Origin: a virus | DNA: 64,000 nt | IMG/VR virus record: IMGVR_UViG_3300031466_000074 | Direction: 5' to 3' (one strand) | Part shown: positions 20,587 through 29,111 of the stretch, in pieces | How the letters are laid out: the number at the start of each line of letters is the position of its first letter | Position numbering within the stretch: the first letter of the stretch is position 1 | Notes under the pieces: generated by a model | Seen by the model: the letters and a program-made list of their open reading frames with translations, nothing else | The model's database searches: none | Told to the model about the DNA's origin: nothing | Position numbers and translations under genes: made by a program

Positions 20587-21577
20587 GACTACCCCTCCTT
20601 ACGCTTTTCTTCACACTGCGTGGTAAATACACCACAAGGTGCGTAATTTCATCCGACAAGTCAAAACCCCGTTGCAGGGCGACGGAGCCGATTCGCGTAG
20701 TGGGAACAATGATGTGATAAATACCGGAGTCATCTTCCTGCTCTTCGATATACTTACGGAAATTGTACTTCAAATCCCGAGGTCGATCCGTGAAATCCAA
20801 AGTATGCACATAACCCCCAAGATCATGAGCGCGAAGGGCGGCGTCCGTCTCATTGAAGAACTGCTCAATTCGATAGACCTTGGTAATATCCGTGCGGAGC
20901 TTGGTGTTCTTCTTAGGCTTCGGTTTAATGAAGCGGTTAAACGCCGTTCCAACCGCCAACCCCATCGCATCACACACGTCCTCACGCGGCTTAGGTTCCG
21001 TGTCGCTGAACCCGATTAAGCGTAACGCTTCAATCGTGTCTTTTTTATCGTCTCTCGAACCTTTAACCGAAGGAGAATACCCGGAGACTTTCTTAAGTCC
21101 GGATTTCCATTCAGAGTTGCCCTCCCGAAGAAGGGCTTTTGCCTGAATTACCCCGTCCGCGATAAGATCGTCAGGAATAACATTGAGTTGATAGAGGATT
21201 TTATTGGTACGGAAGTTTACCCCTCCAATTACATCCTCCACCAGCACATGATCGAAGGAATACCCCCGCGTGATCTCTTTCAAAAACTCACGAAATTCCT
21301 GTCGACGTCCCAAGTCGTCCAAGGCTTCAAGTTTACGTGTTCCAAAAGCAAGCTCACCTTGGACATAACGCACCCAGCCCGTGCTGTTAACAGAAATGTC
21401 AAGGCTAAGGAAATCTCCCAAATGAGCGATTACGTCCTTAAACGTTACCGCACGAATAGAAAGAAGGAAATCTGTTGGTGTGTCTGCTTTCGCGCCACCA
21501 AGATCCGGGATCTGTAAGAGATGGGAAATATCTGTTGAAACAACAGGTTTGAAAAATCGCGCCCGTGGTATTGACAC
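20528..21577 (-). CDS. RuvC-like Holliday junction resolvase with C-terminal extension
   Basis: RNase H-fold acidic motifs LSLDISVNSTGW, VLVEDV and DVCDAMGLA. Confidence 0.75.
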   Translation of the reverse strand: MSIPRARFFKPVVSTDISHLLQIPDLGGAKADTPTDFLLSIRAVTFKDVIAHLGDFLSLDISVNSTGWVRYVQGELAFGTRKLEALDDLGRRQEFREFLKEITRGYSFDHVLVEDVIGGVNFRTNKILYQLNVIPDDLIADGVIQAKALLREGNSEWKSGLKKVSGYSPSVKGSRDDKKDTIEALRLIGFSDTEPKPREDVCDAMGLAVGTAFNRFIKPKPKKNTKLRTDITKVYRIEQFFNETDAALRAHDLGGYVHTLDFTDRPRDLKYNFRKYIEEQEDDSGIYHIIVPTTRIGSVALQRGFDLSDEITHLVVYLPRSVKKSVRRGSHAGVSESTTASGCSTDGIS

Positions 21578-21594
21578 ATATACCCCTCCTTTCC

Positions 21595-22179
21595 TTATAA
21601 CATTCCGTCAGACGGACGAGATTCACTCAAATACGCCGAAATGACCAAATCCAAGTTGGCGAAGTTGCTGATTCTATCCTCCAGCGAAAGATTGGATTTA
21701 ATAATCCGGTCATTACTTTTGGTGAAATCCAACAAAGAAGGTTGAGTCTTCGGAAGGGAGAGTGCGTCCTTATCCAAAAGAATACCCCGTGCCCGCTGGA
21801 AAGGAGAGTCCGTGTCGTCCCCAGATTCCTCATCAAGCTGAATGTTATAAAGCTGAGCAAGGATATGCACAACTTCCTTCACAGTTTTCTTAATACCATG
21901 ATACTGCTGAAGGATCATTTGATGCGTCCTAATGACATCCCCAGAATACCCGCAACCGAAACAGTGGAAAACACCGCCCTCTTCCCAGTTACGGAAAGAA
22001 GGGTCGGTGTCATGATGGAATGGACAAAGCCCTGAGTTGCGAGAAGGTGACATAGGTTGAAACTGCCGCTTGGCAAGCGGAGCCAGCGGCACAATTTGTT
22101 CGTTATAATAGCGGACGCGATCAACGCCCTTGAGAACCCGAAGTTCATTGACCGAACGTTTGCGTTTAATAGGCGGCAT
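21595..22179 (-). CDS. Stand-alone CHC2 zinc-finger (primase Zn-binding) domain protein
   Basis: GLCPFHHDTDPSF...FHCFGCGYSGDVI; no TOPRIM domain follows. Confidence 0.85.
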   Translation of the reverse strand: MPPIKRKRSVNELRVLKGVDRVRYYNEQIVPLAPLAKRQFQPMSPSRNSGLCPFHHDTDPSFRNWEEGGVFHCFGCGYSGDVIRTHQMILQQYHGIKKTVKEVVHILAQLYNIQLDEESGDDTDSPFQRARGILLDKDALSLPKTQPSLLDFTKSNDRIIKSNLSLEDRISNFANLDLVISAYLSESRPSDGML

Positions 22180-22183
22180 ACCG

Positions 22184-22591
22184 TCACAACCTCAAATCTT
22201 TATTAAAGTTATCCATATAACGATAGTACAACACCGATTCGCGAAGATCATTTTCCTTCAAATAATCGATGCAGTAGGTGTAGAGGTATCGCATAAGTTC
22301 CGTGAACTGCAGATTGAAAATGCGCGGAACCTCAAAAACTACAACCGAGGACTCCCTACCCCAGTTCCAGTAGTAAAAATCGTCATCTACCTTGCAAGCA
22401 TATTTACGCGCTGAAGGAGAAAGATGCCGTTCCGCAAAAACTTTGGTTACCATGAGCAGACCATTCGTCTGATCAATTTTCACATTCCGACTAAGGATGT
22501 AGTAACTCGACGAGTCCGTGGTGGACTTACCACGAATATTCACCCTGGGAGCATGAGTTTTCGCGTTCTTTTTCACACTTTGATTACTCAC
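22184..22591 (-). CDS. Hypothetical protein
   Basis: 135-aa operonic ORF, 4-bp overlap with the EAL gene. Confidence 0.6.
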   Translation of the reverse strand: MSNQSVKKNAKTHAPRVNIRGKSTTDSSSYYILSRNVKIDQTNGLLMVTKVFAERHLSPSARKYACKVDDDFYYWNWGRESSVVVFEVPRIFNLQFTELMRYLYTYCIDYLKENDLRESVLYYRYMDNFNKDLRL

Positions 22592-23385
22592 TTCGAACCC
22601 TCCTTAATCAATAAAGCAGTCAAATTATCTAAAGTTAAAGGCTTCGACAAATAGTACCCCTGCAGTTTATCTACCCCAAGTCGCCGTGCCAATTCGAGAT
22701 GCTCCGCAGACTCCACACCCTCAAGGGTAGTAAGAATATTCAACTTCTTACAAAGCTTCACAATACTATGAAGAATAGCAAAGTTGCGCGTTGAACCAAA
22801 ATAAAACGGGCTTAAGAAAGCTTGATCCAACTTTAACTCTGAAAAGTTACTATCGTGTAAATACATGAGGGAGGTCGAACCTGAACCAAAATCATCAATA
22901 ATAAGCGTTACTCCTTCAGCAACTACCAAAATCTCAGGATGTTGATGAATGTACCCCCTCGGGAGGATGTGCGTCTCCGTAACCTCCAACATCAAGAAGC
23001 AAGGATCTACTCCCTGCGTCTGAAGCGTATGTAATACCTTATAACTAAACTCCGGCAAAAAGACCAAACTGAAAGGAACATTCACCGACAACTTAAAAGA
23101 GGGAGAAAGATACTCCTTCAACTGACTCAACGCCAAATTCAGCGTATAGAAGAAAAAGTAAGAATTAAGAATGGAGTTCTCAATAACCGGGATATAATCA
23201 GCCGCAGAAAGAAGCGAGTCCTTAGAGTTCCAACGTGTCAAACACTCCACCCCGGCTAAAGAAAGGGTTGAGTCATTGTTATAAATGGGTTGGTACAAAT
23301 TGAAAAATTCGTTCCTATCCAAACCCTGCTTTATTCTGGACAACAAGTCCAAGTCCTGATGAAGTGAAATATGCTCCATAAGCAA
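22588..23385 (-). CDS. Stand-alone EAL-domain c-di-GMP phosphodiesterase
   Basis: YQPI, GVECLTRW (EAL variant ECL), SVNV, LEVTET, DDFGSG, LKLD, EGVE and QGYYLSKP all present. Confidence 0.9.
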   Translation of the reverse strand: MLMEHISLHQDLDLLSRIKQGLDRNEFFNLYQPIYNNDSTLSLAGVECLTRWNSKDSLLSAADYIPVIENSILNSYFFFYTLNLALSQLKEYLSPSFKLSVNVPFSLVFLPEFSYKVLHTLQTQGVDPCFLMLEVTETHILPRGYIHQHPEILVVAEGVTLIIDDFGSGSTSLMYLHDSNFSELKLDQAFLSPFYFGSTRNFAILHSIVKLCKKLNILTTLEGVESAEHLELARRLGVDKLQGYYLSKPLTLDNLTALLIKEGSK

Positions 23386-23394
23386 CCTCCAACA

Positions 23395-23595
23395 TCAATC
23401 GTCACCTGCAAACCAAAAATAAACCAAGAAAGTTGGAATTGATATTCCAAGAACTGATACCGTCGAATCCGGCGACGGAAGCAACTCAGGAGGAAAGATC
23501 TCGACCAAATCGTTATAAAAAGACGCATACAAGCTGGTGAAAATTCGAGAAAGTGGAGAAGTAAGAAACTCCCACAATGCCGCCATGTTCATCAA
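23395..23595 (-). CDS. Small membrane protein
   Basis: 66 aa with hydrophobic C-terminus; RBS AAGGGG. Confidence 0.5.
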   Translation of the reverse strand: MMNMAALWEFLTSPLSRIFTSLYASFYNDLVEIFPPELLPSPDSTVSVLGISIPTFLVYFWFAGDD

Positions 23596-23603
23596 TCCCC
23601 TTT

Positions 23604-23819
23604 CTACTCATCTGGTTTCTCGTAAAAGTAACCTCGTACCCCCGAGAGCTTCATTACTCGCACTGCCAATAAATCCAGTGCAAAAACGATCAAGACCGAG
23701 ATCAATACCCCCTGCCACCCTTCTAGGGGTAAATAACGATGCGTCAACAGGTACGCTAACACGACCATAAACGTCCGCACCAAAGCACGAAGACTTCTTT
23801 TCCTATGCAACAAATTCAT
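23604..23819 (-). CDS. Small two-TM membrane protein
   Basis: 71 aa with two hydrophobic segments; RBS AAGGAG. Confidence 0.6.
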   Translation of the reverse strand: MNLLHRKRSLRALVRTFMVVLAYLLTHRYLPLEGWQGVLISVLIVFALDLLAVRVMKLSGVRGYFYEKPDE

Positions 23820-23888
23820 ACGAAGACTCCTTTGCGTATTTACTCAATATACCCTCATGTCTGCACAGGGGATACTACCTTATAAAGA

Positions 23889-23927
23889 CAAAAAGAAAAG
23901 GTTCGACCAGTAATAGATCGAACCTTT
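23889..23927 (-). terminator. Intrinsic terminator ending the pilin-like/ATPase operon
   Basis: Stem AAAGGTTCGA/TCGAACCTTT followed by TCTTTTT on the minus strand. Confidence 0.75.
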
Positions 23928-23948
23928 CGGAAGTAGAGTGACAAAGTA

Positions 23949-24119
23949 TTAGTTTGCTTGCGCTACCGGAGCTTGCTCCCTTACGGAACGTTGCAAAACT
24001 TGCGCCTCCAAAATCGGAATCAATGCCAACCCTTCCGGGGTAAGATACTCAGAAGCGGCTTTAGAACGAATCACCACAACTTCCGAATAGACCAACAGAT
24101 CTTTCACAGAGAAGCTCAT
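23949..24119 (-). CDS. 56-aa hypothetical protein missed by the ORF track
   Basis: RBS AGGGAGG 7 nt before ATG; MSFSVKDLLVYSEVVVIRSKAASEYLTPEGLALIPILEAQVLQRSVREQAPVAQAN; stop precedes a terminator. Confidence 0.65.
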   Translation of the reverse strand: MSFSVKDLLVYSEVVVIRSKAASEYLTPEGLALIPILEAQVLQRSVREQAPVAQAN

Positions 24120-24143
24120 TTAGATTCCTCCCTAAAAAGTAAT

Positions 24144-26939
24144 TTATTCGTCAACTCTTGACTTAGCAAGAGAACTACGAACGGTCTTTGAGTTCGTAAC
24201 TCTGGAATTCTTACCAGAGTTCGATGCAGAAGACTTACTACCAGATGGCGATACCCCTTCCTCATCCGGCTCCGAAGACTCCCCAGCGAGAGATTTTGCA
24301 TAACGATTTCGCTCACGAATGCTTTCCATAACCTCTTCAATAGGTCGACCAAAACGCTTCGAGTGCTCAAGAGTCAGATGCGAATTGTCCCGCGTCGGAT
24401 ATCGTTCCGAAACCAACGGAAGGGAATCTGCAACGAACGGATCGTAATACTCACCATCCTGATTGAGCCAAATACCGATATACTGAAACTTCTTCGTGGC
24501 TTCAAAGGCTTCTTGTGGAGAAGTAAAAGTGCGTGACAAGTAAGGAAACAATTCCTTATAAACTTCCTCATTCGTATTACGGAACAAATGCCAGTTAACC
24601 GAAGCCGATTTCATAATATCCACAAATCCCGGTACGTCGCGGAACTGCTTAAAATTGTGGAAAATGAGCGTCGGAATGAACCGGTATTTCGGTCCTTCTG
24701 CAAAAATACGTTGAATAAAATGTGCCAATTCCTTAGTCATATACTGATGAGGTTCGTTCAAAATGAGGAACGTCCCTTCATTGTTACGAGACTTACCGTC
24801 CTGCGCTAATTTAATAAGGAAAGTTACAAGAACGATCCAATAACACAGAATTTCGATAACCCGACGGGGCATTACCCCAGTCTTCATGCGGAAGATAATG
24901 ACCTTCCCTTCGTCAATGAATTTATACAAATCAAGTTCCGGATTCGGAAGCTGACAAAAAATCGGTTTCAAATACTCGCTATTAACAATTTGCCCCAAAC
25001 GACGCATGATTGGCGTATAAATCATAACTTGTTGCTTTTCCGAAAGCGCGTCATAGTCATCCCAAATATCCGTATCCAACGTCGACGGAGCTTTCATGCG
25101 AAGCTCATCCCGATACCCCTTCGAAGTAAAGATGTGTCGAATCGCTAACATATCAGCATTCGCCAGCTTAGAAGCCTCGCGGAGAAACTCGGAAGTCTGC
25201 AAACGATCCGCATCAGAGTCCGTAAGCAAGAACGAGCAAATTTCCTCCGCCACCCGGTCAGCGGCGATGCGAGAATCGTCAATGAGCTTGATAATCGGTT
25301 CAAGTCCAAGATAAATTGGGTTCTTGTAATCCATAAGATTAAGATCAATAACGTATTCCGGTGGTAAATGATCCCGAATCGCATCCGCCATACCCCGATG
25401 CCCATTCTGCTCGTTAATGACGTCCAAGACCACCGCACCCATACGATGATTCATGCGCCCTTCAACCACAAGGTTGATAACGTGCTGATCTTTCCCCATA
25501 CGCGGTGAACCAACAACAATACGCGCAGTTGATGCCAAATCCAAATTTTTACGCTGAATATGCACATCCAAGACCTCACCACGATTAGTAACCGTACCCG
25601 CCAACAAACCGTGATCTTCTGCCAGTTCATCAGAAATATCAATTTCAACCCTACGATTAGACTCCAAACAATCCTCAAACTCCCTTTGTAACTCCGCAGT
25701 AGGCAGTTGTTCCAACTTCCCAACCTCCTCAACACTCATAACATTTGGATTGAGGAACTCAGTCTTAAACTTCCGAAGTTTGATAAGCTCCTCACGCAAA
25801 TTATTCTTAACCTGCTTTAAGACAAGTGCGTTATCCCCATTAAGTTCCGACAAAGTGTTAGCAAACGACCTACCAAGCATGGAACGCTTAACCTTATCTG
25901 GAGAAGTAACCGTAATGATGATATGCGTTTTGAAAGTTGGTAAGAAACGCTTTGTCTTAGTCCGACGAGAAAGATCTCCATTGACCAACAGAGCTTGACG
26001 TTCTGCAGAGACATAAGAGTACTCTCGATACATCGGCTGATCTTCACTACCCCCGAAAAATAATGCTCCGCGAAAACCCCGCAAAATATCCTCGACCATG
26101 TTGATGGTGTAGGTGTAGCTATAACTACCGAATTTGATAAGCTGGTCTTTCAACGCCTGAGCATCGAACCCTTCCTTCGGAGGAACATCACCACGATCCC
26201 ATACCTTCCAAGTGTAATCCGTAATGTTTTGCCATCTTCGACGAGGAACAGCCTCCGTCTTTACGATAAACTGAATTTGCTCGCCGGGAGCAAGCTCCCT
26301 AACCAAACCCATCATTTCTCGGATAGGAAGATGCTGATCTTTATAGTCAAACTCAAGCGAGAACATGCTGTTTCGCTTATACTTCAGCAGGAACATGTCA
26401 GTATTTTCAAGAGGGGGATGCTGATAAGAGTACCCCTGAGCGCGAACCTCCGCATCCTGCAGGTTTTTCAAGGTACACTTAGACCACTGCAAATGGTTGG
26501 AAAACTTGATCTCAAAAGCATCCGCAAAGTCAACAGGAAGGGCTACATAGAAGCCAATACGATGATTATACTGCCCTTCCTGACCCTCTAATCCTTCAAG
26601 CACCATCATCCACCAGAAAGACGGATTCTGCGAAATATTCAAATACAGATTATCCGCTTTGAACGATGAAAAGAATTTAGTACCCCGTTCCCAAGGGAAC
26701 AAACCAACTTTATAATTCAGCAACTCATACAGAGAAGACTGAAAACGCCGAGAGGATGAATTGAGAGTCGAGGAATGAGGAATAATCTGATATATCGCAA
26801 AATCGTACTCCTCATTTACCAAGACCCGGTCGATTAAAGACCGCAAAGGGGCGGGGAGCTGGTCTAAAAACGACGGTTGCAACTCATCCTCGGACGGGAG
26901 TTCCCTTCGCTTGAAGGTAAATAAACGCTTCGCATTCAT
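24144..26939 (-). CDS. FtsK-HerA superfamily (VirB4/VirD4-like) ATPase, about 931 aa, with variant Walker motifs
   Basis: VVGSPRMGKD (Walker A variant) and LILNEPHQ (Walker B variant); start moved to MNAKR because of the ATGA overlap with the upstream gene. Confidence 0.7.
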   Translation of the reverse strand: MNAKRLFTFKRRELPSEDELQPSFLDQLPAPLRSLIDRVLVNEEYDFAIYQIIPHSSTLNSSSRRFQSSLYELLNYKVGLFPWERGTKFFSSFKADNLYLNISQNPSFWWMMVLEGLEGQEGQYNHRIGFYVALPVDFADAFEIKFSNHLQWSKCTLKNLQDAEVRAQGYSYQHPPLENTDMFLLKYKRNSMFSLEFDYKDQHLPIREMMGLVRELAPGEQIQFIVKTEAVPRRRWQNITDYTWKVWDRGDVPPKEGFDAQALKDQLIKFGSYSYTYTINMVEDILRGFRGALFFGGSEDQPMYREYSYVSAERQALLVNGDLSRRTKTKRFLPTFKTHIIITVTSPDKVKRSMLGRSFANTLSELNGDNALVLKQVKNNLREELIKLRKFKTEFLNPNVMSVEEVGKLEQLPTAELQREFEDCLESNRRVEIDISDELAEDHGLLAGTVTNRGEVLDVHIQRKNLDLASTARIVVGSPRMGKDQHVINLVVEGRMNHRMGAVVLDVINEQNGHRGMADAIRDHLPPEYVIDLNLMDYKNPIYLGLEPIIKLIDDSRIAADRVAEEICSFLLTDSDADRLQTSEFLREASKLANADMLAIRHIFTSKGYRDELRMKAPSTLDTDIWDDYDALSEKQQVMIYTPIMRRLGQIVNSEYLKPIFCQLPNPELDLYKFIDEGKVIIFRMKTGVMPRRVIEILCYWIVLVTFLIKLAQDGKSRNNEGTFLILNEPHQYMTKELAHFIQRIFAEGPKYRFIPTLIFHNFKQFRDVPGFVDIMKSASVNWHLFRNTNEEVYKELFPYLSRTFTSPQEAFEATKKFQYIGIWLNQDGEYYDPFVADSLPLVSERYPTRDNSHLTLEHSKRFGRPIEEVMESIRERNRYAKSLAGESSEPDEEGVSPSGSKSSASNSGKNSRVTNSKTVRSSLAKSRVDE

Positions 26940-27262
26940 GTCAGAATCCGCAGGACAGCGCCCACGAACGCGATCAGCATAGCTCTCCCCGCCCAGACCC
27001 CCGGAGATTTCCCAATTAAGGGCGATACCATAATCCCGATAGCACAGACTATGATCCCAATCTCGATAAAGTCGACCGAATTGGCGACAATAAAGTCCCA
27101 AATGGAATGTAGAACTTTAACACACCAATTTGCCACCGGGATGACAATGTAGTCCATGAACTTATCTTGAACAAAACCTGCTATCCCACCTCCGCCTTCC
27201 TTTGCCACCTCCACTACAGGCTCCAGATAGGCGGCAACCTGCCCGTTAATACGGAGAATCAT
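26936..27262 (-). CDS. Membrane protein (2-3 TM)
   Basis: Hydrophobic helices FIEIGIIVCAIGIMVSPLIG and WAGRAMLIAFVGAVLRIL; coupled to the ATPase. Confidence 0.7.
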   Translation of the reverse strand: MILRINGQVAAYLEPVVEVAKEGGGGIAGFVQDKFMDYIVIPVANWCVKVLHSIWDFIVANSVDFIEIGIIVCAIGIMVSPLIGKSPGVWAGRAMLIAFVGAVLRILT

Positions 27263-27274
27263 TTACCCCACCTC

Positions 27275-27733
27275 CTACCAAATTCTAAAGGTGTTTAACA
27301 CATCCATAAAGATACGCTGAATTTCTTGCCCCTCCCGCCGCAGGATGTCCCCAAGTGTACCCCCGCGACCGCCATGTGGGCGACGAGCGTAACCCCCATA
27401 ACCGCCATAACTCGAAGGGCGTCGCGGCTGTACAGACCGGGTACGCACTTTTCCATACCTAGAACGCGGCGCACCCCAAGAACCGTTGGCGAACGAATTG
27501 ACAAACGATTCATCTGACTCCCAGTCATCATACGGAGCCGATTCAAAAGACTCCTCCTGCTTCCCGAAAGTGAAGGACTTGTTGCGACGACGTTTGGGCG
27601 CTCCCCAATCATTCGAGCCGCCCCAAGCATCGTCGCCCCAAGAAGATGAGAAGTCATTCGAGATCCCCAGATTTTCAAAGTCCAAATTGACGTTAGAAGA
27701 CTTACCAAAGTCCCCAGTACGCTTAATCGCCAT
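27275..27733 (-). CDS. Low-complexity G/S/R/W-rich protein (about 152 aa)
   Basis: Start at MAIKRTG with RBS GGGGAGG; SSSWGDDAWGGSNDWGAP and RG-rich tracts. Confidence 0.65.
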   Translation of the reverse strand: MAIKRTGDFGKSSNVNLDFENLGISNDFSSSWGDDAWGGSNDWGAPKRRRNKSFTFGKQEESFESAPYDDWESDESFVNSFANGSWGAPRSRYGKVRTRSVQPRRPSSYGGYGGYARRPHGGRGGTLGDILRREGQEIQRIFMDVLNTFRIW

Positions 27734-27758
27734 CGCAAAACCTCCCCACAAAATCGTA

Positions 27759-28640
27759 TCACAGCGACGCAAAGAACCGAGCGATATCATCATGATGCCG
27801 CACAATGATGTAACCAATACCCCCACTCAGCAACGTCTCAAGGGCGCGAGTCCGGTTGCCGAACATCCACGATACCCCCGCGAAGATAATGATACCCTTG
27901 ATAAGGACGTCAACGAGCGAAAGTACCTGACGAATAACCATTTGCCAGCCCGGAGACGAACCAATCACCGCCGGAGCTTGCGCCATCACCGGAACTGCCG
28001 CCGCACTCCCCGGAATCGTAGCCGAAGAAGCCGCTACCCCCGAGAGTGGATCGACCGGAACCATCGTACTTACCGACAGCGGATCAGACATCAACGGTGT
28101 CGTCACCATATCAGAAGGAATCGAAGCCGGAGCAAAGGAAGACGAAACGCTCGAAAAGACATGTTGGAAGAAGTCGGTAAAGAGATTACACAACAACGAT
28201 ATCCCCGGTGCGATAAAGTACGCCACGCAAGCAACCGTTGCGATTCGCAAAACCAAGAAGCCCGCCTTCTTAAGTGCCTCTCGGCGTTCCGGCGTAAGCC
28301 CTTCTTGCACCCCATCTTCTGCGAGCGAGTACACCTTGACATCCGGCTGTTTGACCGTTGGAGCGTCCGTCTTCACCCGATAGGAGAAAAACCAACGGTT
28401 CTTTCCTTCCGAAGCTGGGTTCGCTTGCAGGTCATCGAGCAGATTCAGATCCCGCAAAACCGCCAAATCCTTCTGAGTCGGGCGATCAGACTTAGAAAAC
28501 TGGAGTTTTTCCGACGACATAGAACAGGAAGTGTTCTTTGAAATTTCAAAGTCCGGAAAAATAAGCTCCTTCCGAAAAGAAGGATTGGAGCGTACCCCTA
28601 AATAAACTCGGGGCGTGGCATAACCAACTACCGCTACCAT
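27759..28640 (-). CDS. Membrane protein with C-terminal VirB2/TrbC pilin-like hairpin
   Basis: C-terminal two-helix hairpin LIKGIIIFAGVSWMFGNRTRALETLLSGGIGYIIVRH resembles the VirB2/TrbC pattern; Ala/Pro/Ser linker. Confidence 0.5.
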   Translation of the reverse strand: MVAVVGYATPRVYLGVRSNPSFRKELIFPDFEISKNTSCSMSSEKLQFSKSDRPTQKDLAVLRDLNLLDDLQANPASEGKNRWFFSYRVKTDAPTVKQPDVKVYSLAEDGVQEGLTPERREALKKAGFLVLRIATVACVAYFIAPGISLLCNLFTDFFQHVFSSVSSSFAPASIPSDMVTTPLMSDPLSVSTMVPVDPLSGVAASSATIPGSAAAVPVMAQAPAVIGSSPGWQMVIRQVLSLVDVLIKGIIIFAGVSWMFGNRTRALETLLSGGIGYIIVRHHDDIARFFASL

Positions 28641-28712
28641 AATTTCTCAACTCCCTTGCTGATTATTAAATAGGCTTTCGGACATCCTACAAAGAGAAAG
28701 GGGTGATCCCAC

Positions 28713-28778
28713 ATGAATTTTATCTGGATGGTTATAGGCGGTATTATCGGATACTGTATGAACCAAGTGCTAGGATAA
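28713..28778 (+). CDS. 21-aa hydrophobic peptide on the opposite strand (type I toxin-like)
   Basis: Very strong RBS GAAAGGGGTGAT, then MNFIWMVIGGIIGYCMNQVLG*. Confidence 0.5.
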   Translation: MNFIWMVIGGIIGYCMNQVLG

Positions 28779-28794
28779 ATATAACATTCCGAAG

Positions 28795-29109
28795 CTAAAA
28801 CATACTCGCCATTGATTCAGCATCAGAATACCCCCGATGCGGGGTGCTATCGGATTCCACCTCTTCCACTACCGGAGTGGCGGATTCGAAGGGGAGGTTC
28901 ATCGAACCGCCCTCCGACCGTGATACAAACGCAGACGACCCAACTGCCGCGATGGATGACGCGCCATGCCGCATATAATGAAACAGAATCGAACGAGCAA
29001 AATCGCTAAAGTTTGACGTCTGCGAACAGCACCAATGATACAACTCCGCATGCGCGGGATTCTTCATGTTGAAGACCACACCGCACCTTTTATACTGACT
29101 TTCACCCAC
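28795..29109 (-). CDS. ParR-like adaptor (probable ribbon-helix-helix) with acidic tail
   Basis: 104 aa directly downstream of parM; beta-helix-helix N-terminus GVVFNMKNPAHAELY...NFSDFARSIL; acidic disordered C-terminus. Confidence 0.6.
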   Translation of the reverse strand: MGESQYKRCGVVFNMKNPAHAELYHWCCSQTSNFSDFARSILFHYMRHGASSIAAVGSSAFVSRSEGGSMNLPFESATPVVEEVESDSTPHRGYSDAESMASMF

Positions 29110-29111
29110 CG

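Noticed and set aside
24144-27101. 985-aa version of the ATPase from the ORF track
   Set aside because: The first 54 codons overlap a credible membrane-protein gene; the ATGA coupling at 26936-26939 gives a better start.
27486-28541. 351-aa + strand ORF with Ser/Pro- and Arg-rich segments
   Set aside because: It fully overlaps two minus-strand genes that have strong RBSs; its composition mirrors their low-complexity sequence.
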